This document shows, piece by piece, positions 10,527 through 21,258 of a stretch of DNA of 64,000 bases. The position numbers were made by a program, and so were the translations under genes. The DNA lies in the NCBI GenBank assembly GCA_965203055.1, contig OZ241863.1, positions 448,001 through 512,000 of the forward strand. Direction: 5' to 3'. The first letter of the stretch is position 1, and every line of letters begins with the position of its first letter. The DNA comes from Spirochaetia bacterium. GTDB taxonomy: Bacteria > Spirochaetota > Spirochaetia > SZUA-6 > Bin103. The notes below the pieces were generated by a model. The model was not told where the DNA came from. It searched no databases and worked only from the letters and a program-made list of their open reading frames with translations.

Positions 10527-11070
10527 TGCGGAACGAGTGGCGGTGGATCGGCGAGCGGCCGTGCAGGCGCACCAGAAAGCGGTGCTGCGGCGTGGCGTAT
10601 CCCTTGTGTTCCTGAAACCGATACGCCGGCTCGATGCGCGCGTAGCGGGTCATGAAGCGGTCGCGCTCCGTCTTGGCGATGATCGAGGCGGCCATGATCT
10701 CCGGTACCGTGGCGTCTCCCTTGACGATGGCGGCGCACGGCACGGCCAGCGGCAGGCGAAAGCGGCCGTCGATCAGCACCTCGTCGGGCTGGACGCGCAG
10801 GGCGCGCAGGGCGCGCCACATCGCCAGCAGCGACGCGTGGTGGATGTTGATGCGGTCGATCTCCTCGGCGGAGCACCAGCCGGTGGCCCACGCCGTCGCC
10901 CGGCGCCGGATCACGGCGGCTGCGGCGGCGCGTTCCTCGGCGGTGAGCTGCTTGGAGTCGTTCAGGCAGGCCGCCGGAAACCCCCGCGGCAGCACCACCG
11001 CGGCCGCGGTGACCGGTCCGGCCAGGGGGCCGCGGCCCGCCTCATCGATACCGCAACGCAGCACTGACAC
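10468..11070 (-). CDS. rnhB: Ribonuclease HII
   Basis: [40 protein letters not shown]. Confidence 0.97.
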   Translation of the reverse strand: MSVLRCGIDEAGRGPLAGPVTAAAVVLPRGFPAACLNDSKQLTAEERAAAAAVIRRRATAWATGWCSAEEIDRINIHHASLLAMWRALRALRVQPDEVLIDGRFRLPLAVPCAAIVKGDATVPEIMAASIIAKTERDRFMTRYARIEPAYRFQEHKGYATPQHRFLVRLHGRSPIHRHSFRINFAGGCGGRTPRPRRRRR

Positions 11071-11171
11071 CGCGCCAGCATAGCGCCGCGCCGCCCTCCG
11101 GCACAGGCCCCGCTCCGGACAGCGTTTGACCGGGCTGCGCGCCCGGTGCTACGGTGGCGGCGAACTGGGAG

Positions 11172-13952
11172 ATGGCCCTCCTCAAACGAGTCGAGTTGCT
11201 CGGCTTCAAATCGTTTCCCGAGCGGACCATCGTAGACTTCTCCGCGGGCATCTCGGCCGTCGTGGGGCCCAATGGCGGCGGCAAGAGCAACGTCGTCGAT
11301 GCCATCCGCTGGGTACTTGGCGAGCAGAACCCGCGCGCGTTGCGCGCCGAACGCATGGAAGACGTGATCTTCGGCGGCACCGAAGACCGCAGCCGCGTGG
11401 CGGTGGCAGAGGTCACGCTGGTCCTGGAGAACGACGACCAGTCGTTCCCGATCGACGTTGCCGAGGTTGAACTGCGCCGCCGGCTGTACCGGTCGGGCGA
11501 GAGCGAGTACCTGGTAAATCGCCAGCCGGTGCGGCTGCGCGACCTGCGCGAGCTGTTCCTGGATACCGGGGTCGGCAAGAACGCCTACTCGGTGATGGAG
11601 CAGGGACGCATCGATCTGCTGCTCGCGGCCAGACCCGAAGAGCGGCGCCAGGTATTCGAAGAGGCGGCCGGCATCGCTCGTTACGGCGCGCGCGGGGCGG
11701 AAGCGGAGCGCCGGCTGCAGCAGACCCGCCGCAACATGAACCAGATCGAAGCGATCATCGCCGAGATAAAGCGCTCTCGTGACGTACTCGCCGATCAGGT
11801 GGAACGCGCCAACCGGTACCGCAGTCTCCGGGAGCGGGTGTTCGGCGCCGAGCGCGACCTGGAGCTGATCCGCCTGCGCGAACTGGAGGCGCGGAGCGCG
11901 GCCATCGGGCGCGACTTGGCGCAGGCACAGGAGCGCCACGAAGAACTGCGCGCGAAGCGCGGCCGGGCATTGGCCGCGGCGCAGCACGGCGCGAGCCGCG
12001 CCCGCACCATGGAAGCGGAGGTGGTGAAGCTCGAACGGCAGCTCTACGGAGTGGATCTTACCCGCGGCAACACCCGTGAACGGATGGCCGCGGCCCGCGA
12101 GCGCATCGCCGAGAGCGAGCGCAGCATGGCCGGCTACCGCGACCGGGACCGCGCGGCAGCCGCCAAGATCGCGGACCTGGAACGGTTGCGCGGCAGCAGA
12201 CTGGATGCCCTGCAGGCCGCCGGCATCCGGCTGGGACAACTGCAGGATGCTCACACCCAGGCCGGCGCCGCGGCCGGCGGCGTGGAGCAGCGCATGCGCC
12301 GCAACGACGCCGCCGCGGCGCAGGCCGGCCGCGCCACCGGCGCGGGCGACCAGCGGCTGGAGGAGCTGCGCGCCCGCCTGCGGGAGACCACCGAGGACAT
12401 CGTCGCCAGTCTCGACTCCAGACTGCAGGCCTCCGGCTATTCCCCGGAAGCGCGCGCCGCGGCGGAACAGGACATCGCGCGCCGGTTGCGGGCGCTGACC
12501 GCCACGTTGAGCGCGGACTCCGCGGACGCCCGGCGCCTGGAGGCAGCCCGCCGCCAGGTGGCGGAACTGGAGGCGCTGATCCGCTCCTACGGCCAGCTCG
12601 CGTCGGCGTTCATCGACGACTTCCTCTCGCCGCGCGGCATCGTCACCCAGAAACGGCGGCTCGACGAGGAACTGGGCGCCACCATGATGCGGATTGCCGC
12701 GGCCCGCGAGCGGGCCGATGCGGCGCGGCGCGCCAATCGCGAGTTGGCCGGCGAGCTCGAACGCCTGCGGCGCAAGATTCACGACCTGCAGGTAGAACGC
12801 GCGCGCAATCAGGCGCGCAAGGACAGTCTCGCCGCCGAGTGCGGGCGCATCGACGGCGAAATCGCCGAGCAGCAGGGACGGCGCCGCGAACTGGCCAACG
12901 ACGCGCGTAGCGCCTCCGAAGCGGTAGCCGCCATGACCGCGGCGCTCGGCGGCCTGGAAGCGCGGCAGGCTGAGTTGGAGCAGGAGGAGCAAGCGCTGCG
13001 GCAGCGCCACGCCGAGCTGGACGCCGCGCTGCAGGGGGAAGGCGACAAGCAGGCCGCCTGCCGCCGCGAGGTGCGGCAGTTGGAGGAGAAGCTGGAACGC
13101 TCCGGCGCGGCGACCGGGCGGCTGCAGCTACGCGCTACCGAGGTTGCCACCGAGATTCGCGCCACGCTGCGCAACTTCCGGGAGACGCATGCCCTGGATC
13201 TGTCGCAGTACCGGTTGGAGCCCGCCCCAACGGAGTCGCGCGGCGAGCTGCGCGCCGCGCTGGCGCGGCTGCGCGAGCAAGTGCGCCGCATCGGGCACGT
13301 GAACCTGATGGCGCCGGAGCAGTTCCGCGAGGTGGATGAACGCTACCGGTTTCTGCGCGGCCAACTCCGCGACCTGGAAACCGCCTCGCGCGACCTGGAG
13401 CGGGTGACCGACCAGATCCGCGCCGAGTCGAGCGCTTTGTTCCGGCAGTCGTTCCGGGAGATCCGGGAAGCGTTCCAGGCCATGTTCCGGCGCCTGTTCG
13501 GCGGCGGCCGCACCGAACTGAAACTCACCGATCCGGATGACGCGCTGGGGTCCGGCATCGAGTTCTACGCCCAGCCGCCCGGCAAGAAGCTGGAGAACAT
13601 CGCGCTGCTGTCCGGCGGCGAACGCGCCTTGACCGCGGTGGCGCTGCTGTTCGCCCTCTACCGCGTGCGCCCGTCACCGTTCTGCATTCTCGACGAGATC
13701 GACGCCGCGCTGGACGATGAGAACGTGGGCCGACTGGTGGAACTGCTCACCGAGTTCAGCGCCCGGACCCAGTTCCTGGTCATTACCCACAACAAGCGCA
13801 CCGCCGCCGGAGCCACTCACCTGTACGGCATTACGATGGAGGAACAGGGCGTGTCGCGGCTGGTCACGCTGCGCCTGCCCGCCGCCGAACGCGCCGCGCG
13901 GGCCGCCGAACGCGAACCGGCAGCCGTTACCACCGCCGCAACCGCCACCTGA
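11172..13952 (+). CDS. smc: Chromosome segregation protein SMC (short form)
   Basis: LGFKSF, GPNGGGKSN Walker A, long coiled coils, LLSGGE signature, LDEIDAALD Walker B, ITHNK. Confidence 0.93.
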   Translation: MALLKRVELLGFKSFPERTIVDFSAGISAVVGPNGGGKSNVVDAIRWVLGEQNPRALRAERMEDVIFGGTEDRSRVAVAEVTLVLENDDQSFPIDVAEVELRRRLYRSGESEYLVNRQPVRLRDLRELFLDTGVGKNAYSVMEQGRIDLLLAARPEERRQVFEEAAGIARYGARGAEAERRLQQTRRNMNQIEAIIAEIKRSRDVLADQVERANRYRSLRERVFGAERDLELIRLRELEARSAAIGRDLAQAQERHEELRAKRGRALAAAQHGASRARTMEAEVVKLERQLYGVDLTRGNTRERMAAARERIAESERSMAGYRDRDRAAAAKIADLERLRGSRLDALQAAGIRLGQLQDAHTQAGAAAGGVEQRMRRNDAAAAQAGRATGAGDQRLEELRARLRETTEDIVASLDSRLQASGYSPEARAAAEQDIARRLRALTATLSADSADARRLEAARRQVAELEALIRSYGQLASAFIDDFLSPRGIVTQKRRLDEELGATMMRIAAARERADAARRANRELAGELERLRRKIHDLQVERARNQARKDSLAAECGRIDGEIAEQQGRRRELANDARSASEAVAAMTAALGGLEARQAELEQEEQALRQRHAELDAALQGEGDKQAACRREVRQLEEKLERSGAATGRLQLRATEVATEIRATLRNFRETHALDLSQYRLEPAPTESRGELRAALARLREQVRRIGHVNLMAPEQFREVDERYRFLRGQLRDLETASRDLERVTDQIRAESSALFRQSFREIREAFQAMFRRLFGGGRTELKLTDPDDALGSGIEFYAQPPGKKLENIALLSGGERALTAVALLFALYRVRPSPFCILDEIDAALDDENVGRLVELLTEFSARTQFLVITHNKRTAAGATHLYGITMEEQGVSRLVTLRLPAAERAARAAEREPAAVTTAATAT

Positions 13953-14020
13953 CGGCCGGCGCTGCCGGCGCTTTCCGGGTAGTGGACACGGCCGCGGGCA
14001 GCCCGCTATCCTGCGCCTGC

Positions 14021-14092
14021 GCGCCTGTCGTATAACGGTCATTACCCGAGCCTTCCAAGCTCGTGATGGCGGTTCGATTCCGCTCGGGCGCT
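14021..14092 (+). tRNA. tRNA-Gly(TCC)
   Basis: Acceptor stem GCGCCTG/CGGGCGC, anticodon arm CGAGC-CTTCCAA-GCTCG, T-loop TTCGATT; followed by CTA, so CCA is not encoded. Confidence 0.95.
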
Positions 14093-14167
14093 CTATTTCG
14101 ACACCCCGCCGGCATGAGCGGCCACGGCGCCGCGCCCTGGCGGGGTGGGCGCGGCGCGCGGCCGTGT

Positions 14168-15838
14168 CTACCGGTACATGCGGTCGTAGGCGATCTGCAG
14201 GAGTTCCACGAAGCGGTCCACCTTCAGCGCCTCCAACTGGGCCAGATAGTTGTTCCAATCGGCGTCGGAGTTGACGTCCAGGTCGCCGGTCACGAAGCGG
14301 GCGAAGCTCTGGTCGACGAATTCCTTGAGCGGCGCGCGGAGCTGGCCATACTCGCGGCCTTCGTCGAAGTCGTGGATCAGCGGGCGCACGATCTCGTCGG
14401 GCTGGTGGCCCTCATACTTGTCGAGCGACTCCCAGTACAGGCGCGGCTCGATCGACAGCGGATCGTCAGATACCGGCACCTGGCGGTCGAAGAACCCCTC
14501 CTCGAAGTAGTTGGGATACATGTGCCCCACCTTGTGGTTGTGGGCGGTGTTGAACACGTTGATCTGCTTCCACAGCGCCGTCTCCCCGGTGTAGGCCATC
14601 TCGCCCGCCTCGGCCCAGCGCCAGCCTTCGCCTTCGGGGCCGAAGAACGGCACCATGCGCGACGCTCCGGGCCGGTGCACGAAGTCGAAGTACTTGATGA
14701 TCGCCACCTGCTCCAGGCCGCTGGCCGCGGTGGTCAGGCTGAACTTGGAGCCGCGCTGGTTCTTGGGGTAGTAACCGGTGAACTGCGCGCCGTTGGGCCC
14801 CACCAGCGGCGGCACCGAGCGGTACTGGCGGTGCATGGTGCCCTGCGGCGCCAGCGCACCCCACGGCACGCCGGCCTGGTGCGCGCCAACGCGGGCCGGC
14901 CCCTCGACGCCGCCGTTGTTCAGGGTGTGGAGCTGGTTGCGGTCCATCACGAACGCCTCGCCGTCGAACAAGCCGTCGGCGTAGAGGCCGTGCAGGAAGC
15001 TCAGGCCTTGCCGCCACTCGTCGGTCGTGAACGCCGGCGAGATCACGCCGCCGCTTACCACCATGCGGTGCGAGTTGGTGGGGTCGCCGAAGCCGTCGTC
15101 GTAGATGAAGGCGTTCATCACGAACGCGCCCGGCCGGCTGCGCCAGTAGTTGATCAGCCCCGAGTAGGGTATCTCGTCGTTCGGATCGCCATTGCCGTTG
15201 GCGTCCTGATCGCGGAACGCCTCCAGCACGGCGCGCAGCTCGGCGGTGGTGGCGGGCATTTCCAGCCCCAGCCGTTCCAGCCACTCGACGTTGATCCACA
15301 GTTTCTGCGACAGCGTGGAGTGGTAGGCCACCGGCCGCTCCGACAGCGCGTAGATGTGGCCGTCGGGCGCGGTGAGCTGGCGCGGCACCAGCGGATCCTC
15401 GGCGAACACGCGCTTGATGTCGACGGTGTGCTCCTCGATCAGCCCTTCCAGCGGCGCCAGGTAACCTTGCGAGCCATACAGGAACTGCTGTTCGGTGGTG
15501 ATGCCGGAGTTGATGATCATGTCCGGCAGGTCGGAGCCGGCGGCCAGCACCAGGTTGATCTTCTGCCCGGCGTCGGAGCCGGTCACCACGTCCCATTCGA
15601 CGTGCAGATTGGTCTGCTCCTCCAGCCAAGTCACCGCGTGGTTGGTGGTGATGTCCTGGATGCGCGCGTCGACGTTGGCCAGCGCCGTCACGGTGATCAG
15701 CTCGTCGCTGATCGGGTAGACGCCGGGCGCCGACAGCTCCTCCGGCGCGGCGCCGGCGCCCTCTCCTTCGGCGCCGGCGAAGGCCGGTGCGGGAGCCAGC
15801 AGCAGCGCGGCCCCCATGATCGCGTGGAGTCGTTTCAT
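14168..15838 (-). CDS. Carbohydrate ABC transporter substrate-binding protein
   Basis: Signal peptide ending AFAG; LPDMII, PDGHIYAL, DQDANGNGDPNDEIP motifs; GGAGG RBS. Confidence 0.9.
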   Translation of the reverse strand: MKRLHAIMGAALLLAPAPAFAGAEGEGAGAAPEELSAPGVYPISDELITVTALANVDARIQDITTNHAVTWLEEQTNLHVEWDVVTGSDAGQKINLVLAAGSDLPDMIINSGITTEQQFLYGSQGYLAPLEGLIEEHTVDIKRVFAEDPLVPRQLTAPDGHIYALSERPVAYHSTLSQKLWINVEWLERLGLEMPATTAELRAVLEAFRDQDANGNGDPNDEIPYSGLINYWRSRPGAFVMNAFIYDDGFGDPTNSHRMVVSGGVISPAFTTDEWRQGLSFLHGLYADGLFDGEAFVMDRNQLHTLNNGGVEGPARVGAHQAGVPWGALAPQGTMHRQYRSVPPLVGPNGAQFTGYYPKNQRGSKFSLTTAASGLEQVAIIKYFDFVHRPGASRMVPFFGPEGEGWRWAEAGEMAYTGETALWKQINVFNTAHNHKVGHMYPNYFEEGFFDRQVPVSDDPLSIEPRLYWESLDKYEGHQPDEIVRPLIHDFDEGREYGQLRAPLKEFVDQSFARFVTGDLDVNSDADWNNYLAQLEALKVDRFVELLQIAYDRMYR

Positions 15839-15974
15839 GCGACTTCCTCCTTGTTTGACGGGTTGCCGGCGGGCCGCCGCCGCGGCCGCCGAGCCAGGTT
15901 CACGCGCCGCGCCGAGGCGGCGGGACGCAAGGGATTGTACCACCATCCCCCGCGCCGTGCCGATCAGCCCTCAT

Positions 15975-16904
15975 TCAGCCCTTCAGCGATCCGATCATCA
16001 CCCCGCGCACGAAGTACTTCTGCACGAACGGGTAGGCCGCCAGCACCGGCAGGCTGGCGACGATGATCAGCGCGAACTGCAGCAGGTCGCGCATCCCCTC
16101 CAGCGCCTCCATCTCCTTGGGATCGATCAGATCCGCCTCGATGGTGTTGATGATCAGGATGGCGCGCAGGAAGAGCTGCAGCGGGAACAGCTCCTCCTTG
16201 CTGAGGTAGATGAAGGCGTCGAAGAAGGAGTTCCAGTGAAATACGGCGTAGAACAGGGCGTTGACCGCGGTGATGGCGCCCGACAGCGGCACCACGATCG
16301 ACCACACGAAGCGCAGGTCGCTGCAGCCGTCGATGCGCGCGGCCTCCAGCAGGTCGGGGCTGATGGTGGTCTGGTAGTAGGTGCGGGTGATGATCACGTT
16401 CCACACCAGGAGGCCCTGCGGCAGCAGCATCGCCCAGCGCGTGTTGAGCATGCCCAGGTCGCGCACCAGCAGGTAGCTGGGGATGATGCCGCCGTTGAAC
16501 AGCATGGTGAAGACCAACAGCGCCATGTAGATGTGGCGCGCCTTGAAGTCGGGGCGCGACAGCGGGTAGGCGGCCATCACGGTGAGCACGATGTTGATGG
16601 CGGTGCCCGCGATGGCGTAGAACAGGCTGTTGCCGTAGCCGATCCACACCTTGCGGTACTCGAAGATGGCGTCGTAGGCGCGTAGCGTGGGGCGCACCGG
16701 CAGCAGCCACATCTCGCCGCCCACGGTCGCCTCCGGCGCGCTGACCGAAGCGCTGGCGATGTAGATCAGCGGATAGGCGACGCCGATCAGCACCAGCGCC
16801 AGGAAGGCGTAGTTGAAGCCGTCGAAGATGCGGTCGACGCGGCTCTTGCCGATGCGCCGGCGCACCACGCGGTCGAGGGCGAGGACCGGCTCCCGGGCTA
16901 CCAC
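15975..16904 (-). CDS. Carbohydrate ABC transporter permease (MalG/LplC-like)
   Basis: Multiple TM segments; LLEAARIDGC EAA loop; YPFVQKYFVRGVMIGSLKG. Confidence 0.93.
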   Translation of the reverse strand: MVAREPVLALDRVVRRRIGKSRVDRIFDGFNYAFLALVLIGVAYPLIYIASASVSAPEATVGGEMWLLPVRPTLRAYDAIFEYRKVWIGYGNSLFYAIAGTAINIVLTVMAAYPLSRPDFKARHIYMALLVFTMLFNGGIIPSYLLVRDLGMLNTRWAMLLPQGLLVWNVIITRTYYQTTISPDLLEAARIDGCSDLRFVWSIVVPLSGAITAVNALFYAVFHWNSFFDAFIYLSKEELFPLQLFLRAILIINTIEADLIDPKEMEALEGMRDLLQFALIIVASLPVLAAYPFVQKYFVRGVMIGSLKG

Positions 16905-17833
16905 AGACTGGTGCCGCTGACGCGGCGCGCGATCTGGTTGACGACCAGGATCAGCGCCAGGTTGACCACCGAGTTGAACAGGCCGATGGCGGTGGCGAAC
17001 GAGTAGTCGGGCACCGGCGAGGCCAGCCCGATCTTGTAGACGTAGGTCTGAATCACCTCCGAGGCGGTCAGGTTCAAGGGCGTCTGCAGCAGGAACGCCT
17101 TCTCGAACCCCACCTGCATGATGCGCCCGGTCTCCAGGATCAGCAGGATGATGGCGACCGGCAGGATGCCCGGAACGTCGATGTGGCGGGTGCGCTGCAG
17201 CTTGGAGGCGCCGTCCACGATCGCCGCCTCGTGGAGCTGCGGGTCGACGCCGGCGAGCGCCGCCAGGTAGATGATCGTGCCCCAGCCGGCGTTCTGCCAG
17301 ATGCCGGAGATCACGTACACCGACTGGAACAGATCCGGTCTGCTCATGAAGGAGATCCGTTCCAGTCCGAGCCCTTCCAGCACGTTGTTGACCACCCCGG
17401 TGTGCAGCGCCAGATAGCGCATGATCATGCCGGCCATCACCACCGTGGAGATGAAGTGGGGCGCGTAGGTGGTCAACTGCACCGTCTTCTTGAAGCGGCG
17501 GTGTTCGACGTTGTTGAGGGCCAGGGCGAGGATGATCGGGACCGGAAACGAAGCCGCGATCTGATACGCGGACAGGCCGAAGGTGTTGCGCACCACGGTC
17601 CAGAACTGCGGCGACTCGAAGAAGCGCTCGAAGTTGGCCAGGCCGACCCAGGGACTGCCCCAGATGCCGCTTCTGGTAAAGAAGTCGCGGAACGCGATCT
17701 GCGCGCCTGCCATCGGCAGGTACTTGAAGACGATCAGGTAGATCAGCGGCAGCGCCAGCAGCAGGTGCAACTGCCAGTTCACCCGCGCGTCGCGCAGCAG
17801 CGAAAACCGTGAGGTGGCGGCGGGCGGCCTCAT
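16898..17833 (-). CDS. Carbohydrate ABC transporter permease (MalF/LplB-like)
   Basis: SPWVGLANF, PHFISTVV, LHEAAIVDGASK EAA loop. Confidence 0.93.
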   Translation of the reverse strand: MRPPAATSRFSLLRDARVNWQLHLLLALPLIYLIVFKYLPMAGAQIAFRDFFTRSGIWGSPWVGLANFERFFESPQFWTVVRNTFGLSAYQIAASFPVPIILALALNNVEHRRFKKTVQLTTYAPHFISTVVMAGMIMRYLALHTGVVNNVLEGLGLERISFMSRPDLFQSVYVISGIWQNAGWGTIIYLAALAGVDPQLHEAAIVDGASKLQRTRHIDVPGILPVAIILLILETGRIMQVGFEKAFLLQTPLNLTASEVIQTYVYKIGLASPVPDYSFATAIGLFNSVVNLALILVVNQIARRVSGTSLW

Positions 17834-17904
17834 CGGGCGCGCATCCTATCCCACTGTTCCGGCGGTCGCAAAGACGCCGCGCGCCGCACTCGCCGCACTC
17901 GCCG

Positions 17905-19431
17905 TCAGCGGCGGCGGTCGGTGGCGCGCGGGACCACGTCGCAGGTTTCCTGGTACCAACGCAGCAGCCGCAACCGCAGCTCGCCCAGCACCTCGCGCCA
18001 GGCGGGCTCGTCGACGAGGTTGCGTCGTTCCCCCGGATCGCGCGTGAGGTCGTAGAGCTCGTCCTTCTCGTACAGGCGCTGCACGTACTTGTGCGCCGCG
18101 GTACGGCACATCGCCGCCTTGCCGTGGTACGGCGCGTCGAGTTGGACCTGGAGCCGAATCCGGGGCGCGTACAGGCCCAGCGGTCCGGCGGCGCTGGCGC
18201 TCTCGCGCTCGCTGGCCTGCGCCTCGCCCAGGCGCCGGCCGCCTTCGCAGAACACGGCGTCGCGCCCGGCGCCGGAACCGCTCAGCAGGGGCAGCAGACT
18301 GCGCCCGAAGTGGTCGTAGCCGGGGTCGATGCCGGTGAGGTCGTAGACGGTCGCGGTAAAGTCCACCAGCTCCACCAGCGCGTCGCAGACGCGCGGCGTC
18401 ACCGCCGTGCCCGCCGGCGGCTTGACGACCAGCGGCACGCGGGTCAGGCAGTCTTCGAACGTGTTCTGGGTCTTCTCGACCAGCCCGTAGTCGCCGGTAA
18501 AGTCGCCGTGGTCGGAGAACAGGAAGATGGCGGCATCTTCGTAACGCCCGCAGTCGCGCAGCGCGGCGGCAAGCAGACCGAACTGATGATCGACGCGCGC
18601 GCACATGCCGTAGTAGGTGGCGCGCAACTCGCTCCAGCGCGCTTCGCTCCAGCCCTGCAGACCCTGCCCCCGGCGGATGCCGCCCAGAATCGACGGCTTG
18701 CCGGTTTCGTCCGCCGGCGCCGGGATGCGGCGCGGCAGCGCGCTGCGGTCCACACTCCCGTACCACGGCTCCTCCACGCAATACGGGGGGTGCGGGTAGG
18801 TAAGGGGCAGGTAGATGCACAGCGGCTGCGGGCCGCGGTAGGCGCGCAGAAAGTCGATGGCGCCGAGCACCATCGCCCAGTCGTGGTCGCAGTAGCAGGG
18901 TTCCTCCCCCCGCTCCAGCCGGCCCTTGAAGAAGCTGTAGAAGTTGTCGCCGTCCGGGCCGCCGCGCCACGCCAGCTCGCCGCCGTGATTGCCGGCCCGC
19001 GGGGTGCATCCCCAGCGCCGGTAATCGGCCGCCGTCGGCTCGAACCGCACGTCGCAACAGGGGGACAGGTCCGCCTGCCCCGGTACCAGGTCGTTCTTGC
19101 CGCCCCACCACACGAAGTAGCCGTGTTGCTTGAGGATGCGCAGCAGGTTGGGTTCGTCCCACTCGGAATGGAGCATGTGATGCATGGTGCGGTGCCCGCG
19201 CACGTGCGGGTACCAGCCGCTCATGAAGCTGCAGCGGCTCGGCGTGCACACCGGGTTCTGGCAGAAGGCGCGCGAGAAGGAGACCCCGTCCTCCCGCACC
19301 AGGCGGTCGATGGCCGGCGTCAGCGCCGCCGGGTTGCCGGCGTGGCCGAGCACGTCGCCGCGCCACTGATCGGGGTTGAAGATGATGAGGTCGGGGCGGC
19401 CGGCGGTCCGCGGCGCGGCGCTCTCTTGCAT
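17905..19431 (-). CDS. Sulfatase (formylglycine-dependent family)
   Basis: DQWR..D, CTPSR (CxPxR) motif, PHPPY, SDHGD. Confidence 0.9.
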   Translation of the reverse strand: MQESAAPRTAGRPDLIIFNPDQWRGDVLGHAGNPAALTPAIDRLVREDGVSFSRAFCQNPVCTPSRCSFMSGWYPHVRGHRTMHHMLHSEWDEPNLLRILKQHGYFVWWGGKNDLVPGQADLSPCCDVRFEPTAADYRRWGCTPRAGNHGGELAWRGGPDGDNFYSFFKGRLERGEEPCYCDHDWAMVLGAIDFLRAYRGPQPLCIYLPLTYPHPPYCVEEPWYGSVDRSALPRRIPAPADETGKPSILGGIRRGQGLQGWSEARWSELRATYYGMCARVDHQFGLLAAALRDCGRYEDAAIFLFSDHGDFTGDYGLVEKTQNTFEDCLTRVPLVVKPPAGTAVTPRVCDALVELVDFTATVYDLTGIDPGYDHFGRSLLPLLSGSGAGRDAVFCEGGRRLGEAQASERESASAAGPLGLYAPRIRLQVQLDAPYHGKAAMCRTAAHKYVQRLYEKDELYDLTRDPGERRNLVDEPAWREVLGELRLRLLRWYQETCDVVPRATDRRR

Positions 19432-19499
19432 CCGCTACAGGATAGCACGGCGGCGGCGGCTCGACGAAGTGGCCGCCCGGCCCTATGCTGGCAGCGGTG

Positions 19500-21257
19500 A
19501 TGAGTAACGCTCCTCCGCAGATACCCTACGGCTGGGCCGACTTCCGGATGATACGCCGCGAGCGCGCCCTGTACGTCGACAAGACCCGGTTTCTGCATGA
19601 CCTGGAGCAGGAGCGGTACGCCTTTCTGATCCGCCCGCGGCGCTTCGGCAAGTCGTGCTGGGTGTCGCTGCTGGCGTACTACTACGACCGCGCGCGCGCC
19701 GACCGCTTCGCCACCCTGTTCGCCGGCACCGACGTCGGGCGCCGGCCGACGCCCAACCGCCACCGGTACGTGATCCTGCACTTCGACTTCTCCGCCTTCG
19801 ACGACACCCTGGAGACGCTGCGCGAACGGTTCGAGATCTACTGCTTCATCAAGCTGCGCGCGGCGCTGGAACGGAATCGGGATCTGTTTCCACAACCGGT
19901 AATCGATCGCATCCTGGCGCACCCGGCCATCGACGGTCGCCTGAACGAGCTGTTCTCCTACGCCGGCGAGCAGGGCATCCCGCTGTACGTGCTGATCGAC
20001 GAGTACGACAACTTCGCCAACACCGTGCTGGCCTGGCATGGCGCCGAGGCGTACCATTCCTTCACCCACGGCGGCGGCTTCTACCGCAACTTCTTCGCCA
20101 CCCTCAAGGCCGGCGCCGGCTACGGCGGCGGCATCGAACGCCTGTTCGTCACGGGCGTCTCTCCCATCACCATGGACGACGTGACCAGCGGCTTCAACAT
20201 CGGCGCCAACATCAGCCTGCGCCAGAGGTTCAACGAGCTGCTCGGCTTCACCGGGGCGGAGGTACGCGGCCTCCTGGAGAGCTATCGGGACCACGGCGTA
20301 TTCGATCAGGACGTCGACGAGGCGATGGCCGTGATGGGCGAGTGGTACAATGGCTACCGGTTCGCCGAGGACGCCGCGAACGATATCTACAACACCGACA
20401 TGGTGCTCTACTACCTTAAGGCATCGATCCCGAACGATCGTCCTCCGCGCGAACTGATCGACACCAACGTGCGGATCGACTACGGCAAGCTGCGTCACCT
20501 GCTGACGGTCAACCGGCAGCTCAACGGCAACTTCGACCTGCTGCGCCACGTCATCGGCGAAGGCTGGGCGGACAGCGAAATCACGAGCGGCTTCCCGCTG
20601 GAGCGGCTGCAGGAGCGGGAGAACTTTCTGTCGCTGCTGCACTTCTTCGGGCTGCTCAGCATCCGCGAGGCGCGCGCCGGCATGCCCCGGCTGGGAATAC
20701 CGAATCAGACCGTCAAGCGGCTGATGTACGGCTACCTGCGCGACGGCTACCGCGACGTCGGCGTGTTCTCGGTGGACCTGTACGCCTTTGCCAACCTGGT
20801 GCACGAGATGGCGCACCGCGGCGCCTGGCGGCCGGTGCTGGAGTTCCTGGCGGGCGCGATCTCCCGGCAGAGCAGCATCCGCGACTACATCGACGGCGAG
20901 AAGGTGATTCAGGGGTTCCTGGCCGCATACCTGAGCTGCACCGATCACTTCGTGTTCCACTCCGAGCGGGAGCTGGGCGGCGGCTACGCCGACATCTGCC
21001 TGGAACCTCACCTGCAGCGCTACGCCGGCATGCGCCACGGGTACGTGATCGAACTGAAGTATCTGACGCGGCGGGAAGGAGCGAACGCGGCGCAGGTCGC
21101 GCAGGCGGCGCGGCAAGCCGCCGCGCAGGTAGGGCGCTACCTGGCCGATGAACGCCTGGCGCGCCAGTATCCGGCGGTGGGCTTCACCGGACTGGCCGTC
21201 GTGTTCCACGGCTGGGAGCTGGCGCACTGCGCCGCCGTATCCGCCGCGCGCGGCTAA
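19500..21257 (+). CDS. AAA-ATPase-like protein with C-terminal PD-(D/E)XK nuclease domain
   Basis: IPYG..DF..IR....YVDKT, RPRRFGKS, LIDEYD, FVTGVSP; C-terminal SERELGGGYADI..VIELKY. Confidence 0.88.
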   Translation: MSNAPPQIPYGWADFRMIRRERALYVDKTRFLHDLEQERYAFLIRPRRFGKSCWVSLLAYYYDRARADRFATLFAGTDVGRRPTPNRHRYVILHFDFSAFDDTLETLRERFEIYCFIKLRAALERNRDLFPQPVIDRILAHPAIDGRLNELFSYAGEQGIPLYVLIDEYDNFANTVLAWHGAEAYHSFTHGGGFYRNFFATLKAGAGYGGGIERLFVTGVSPITMDDVTSGFNIGANISLRQRFNELLGFTGAEVRGLLESYRDHGVFDQDVDEAMAVMGEWYNGYRFAEDAANDIYNTDMVLYYLKASIPNDRPPRELIDTNVRIDYGKLRHLLTVNRQLNGNFDLLRHVIGEGWADSEITSGFPLERLQERENFLSLLHFFGLLSIREARAGMPRLGIPNQTVKRLMYGYLRDGYRDVGVFSVDLYAFANLVHEMAHRGAWRPVLEFLAGAISRQSSIRDYIDGEKVIQGFLAAYLSCTDHFVFHSERELGGGYADICLEPHLQRYAGMRHGYVIELKYLTRREGANAAQVAQAARQAAAQVGRYLADERLARQYPAVGFTGLAVVFHGWELAHCAAVSAARG

Positions 21258-21258
21258 A

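Noticed and set aside
14021..14092. tRNA-Gly as an integration site
   Set aside because: No adjacent integrase, and I did not see a duplicated tRNA 3' end in the window.
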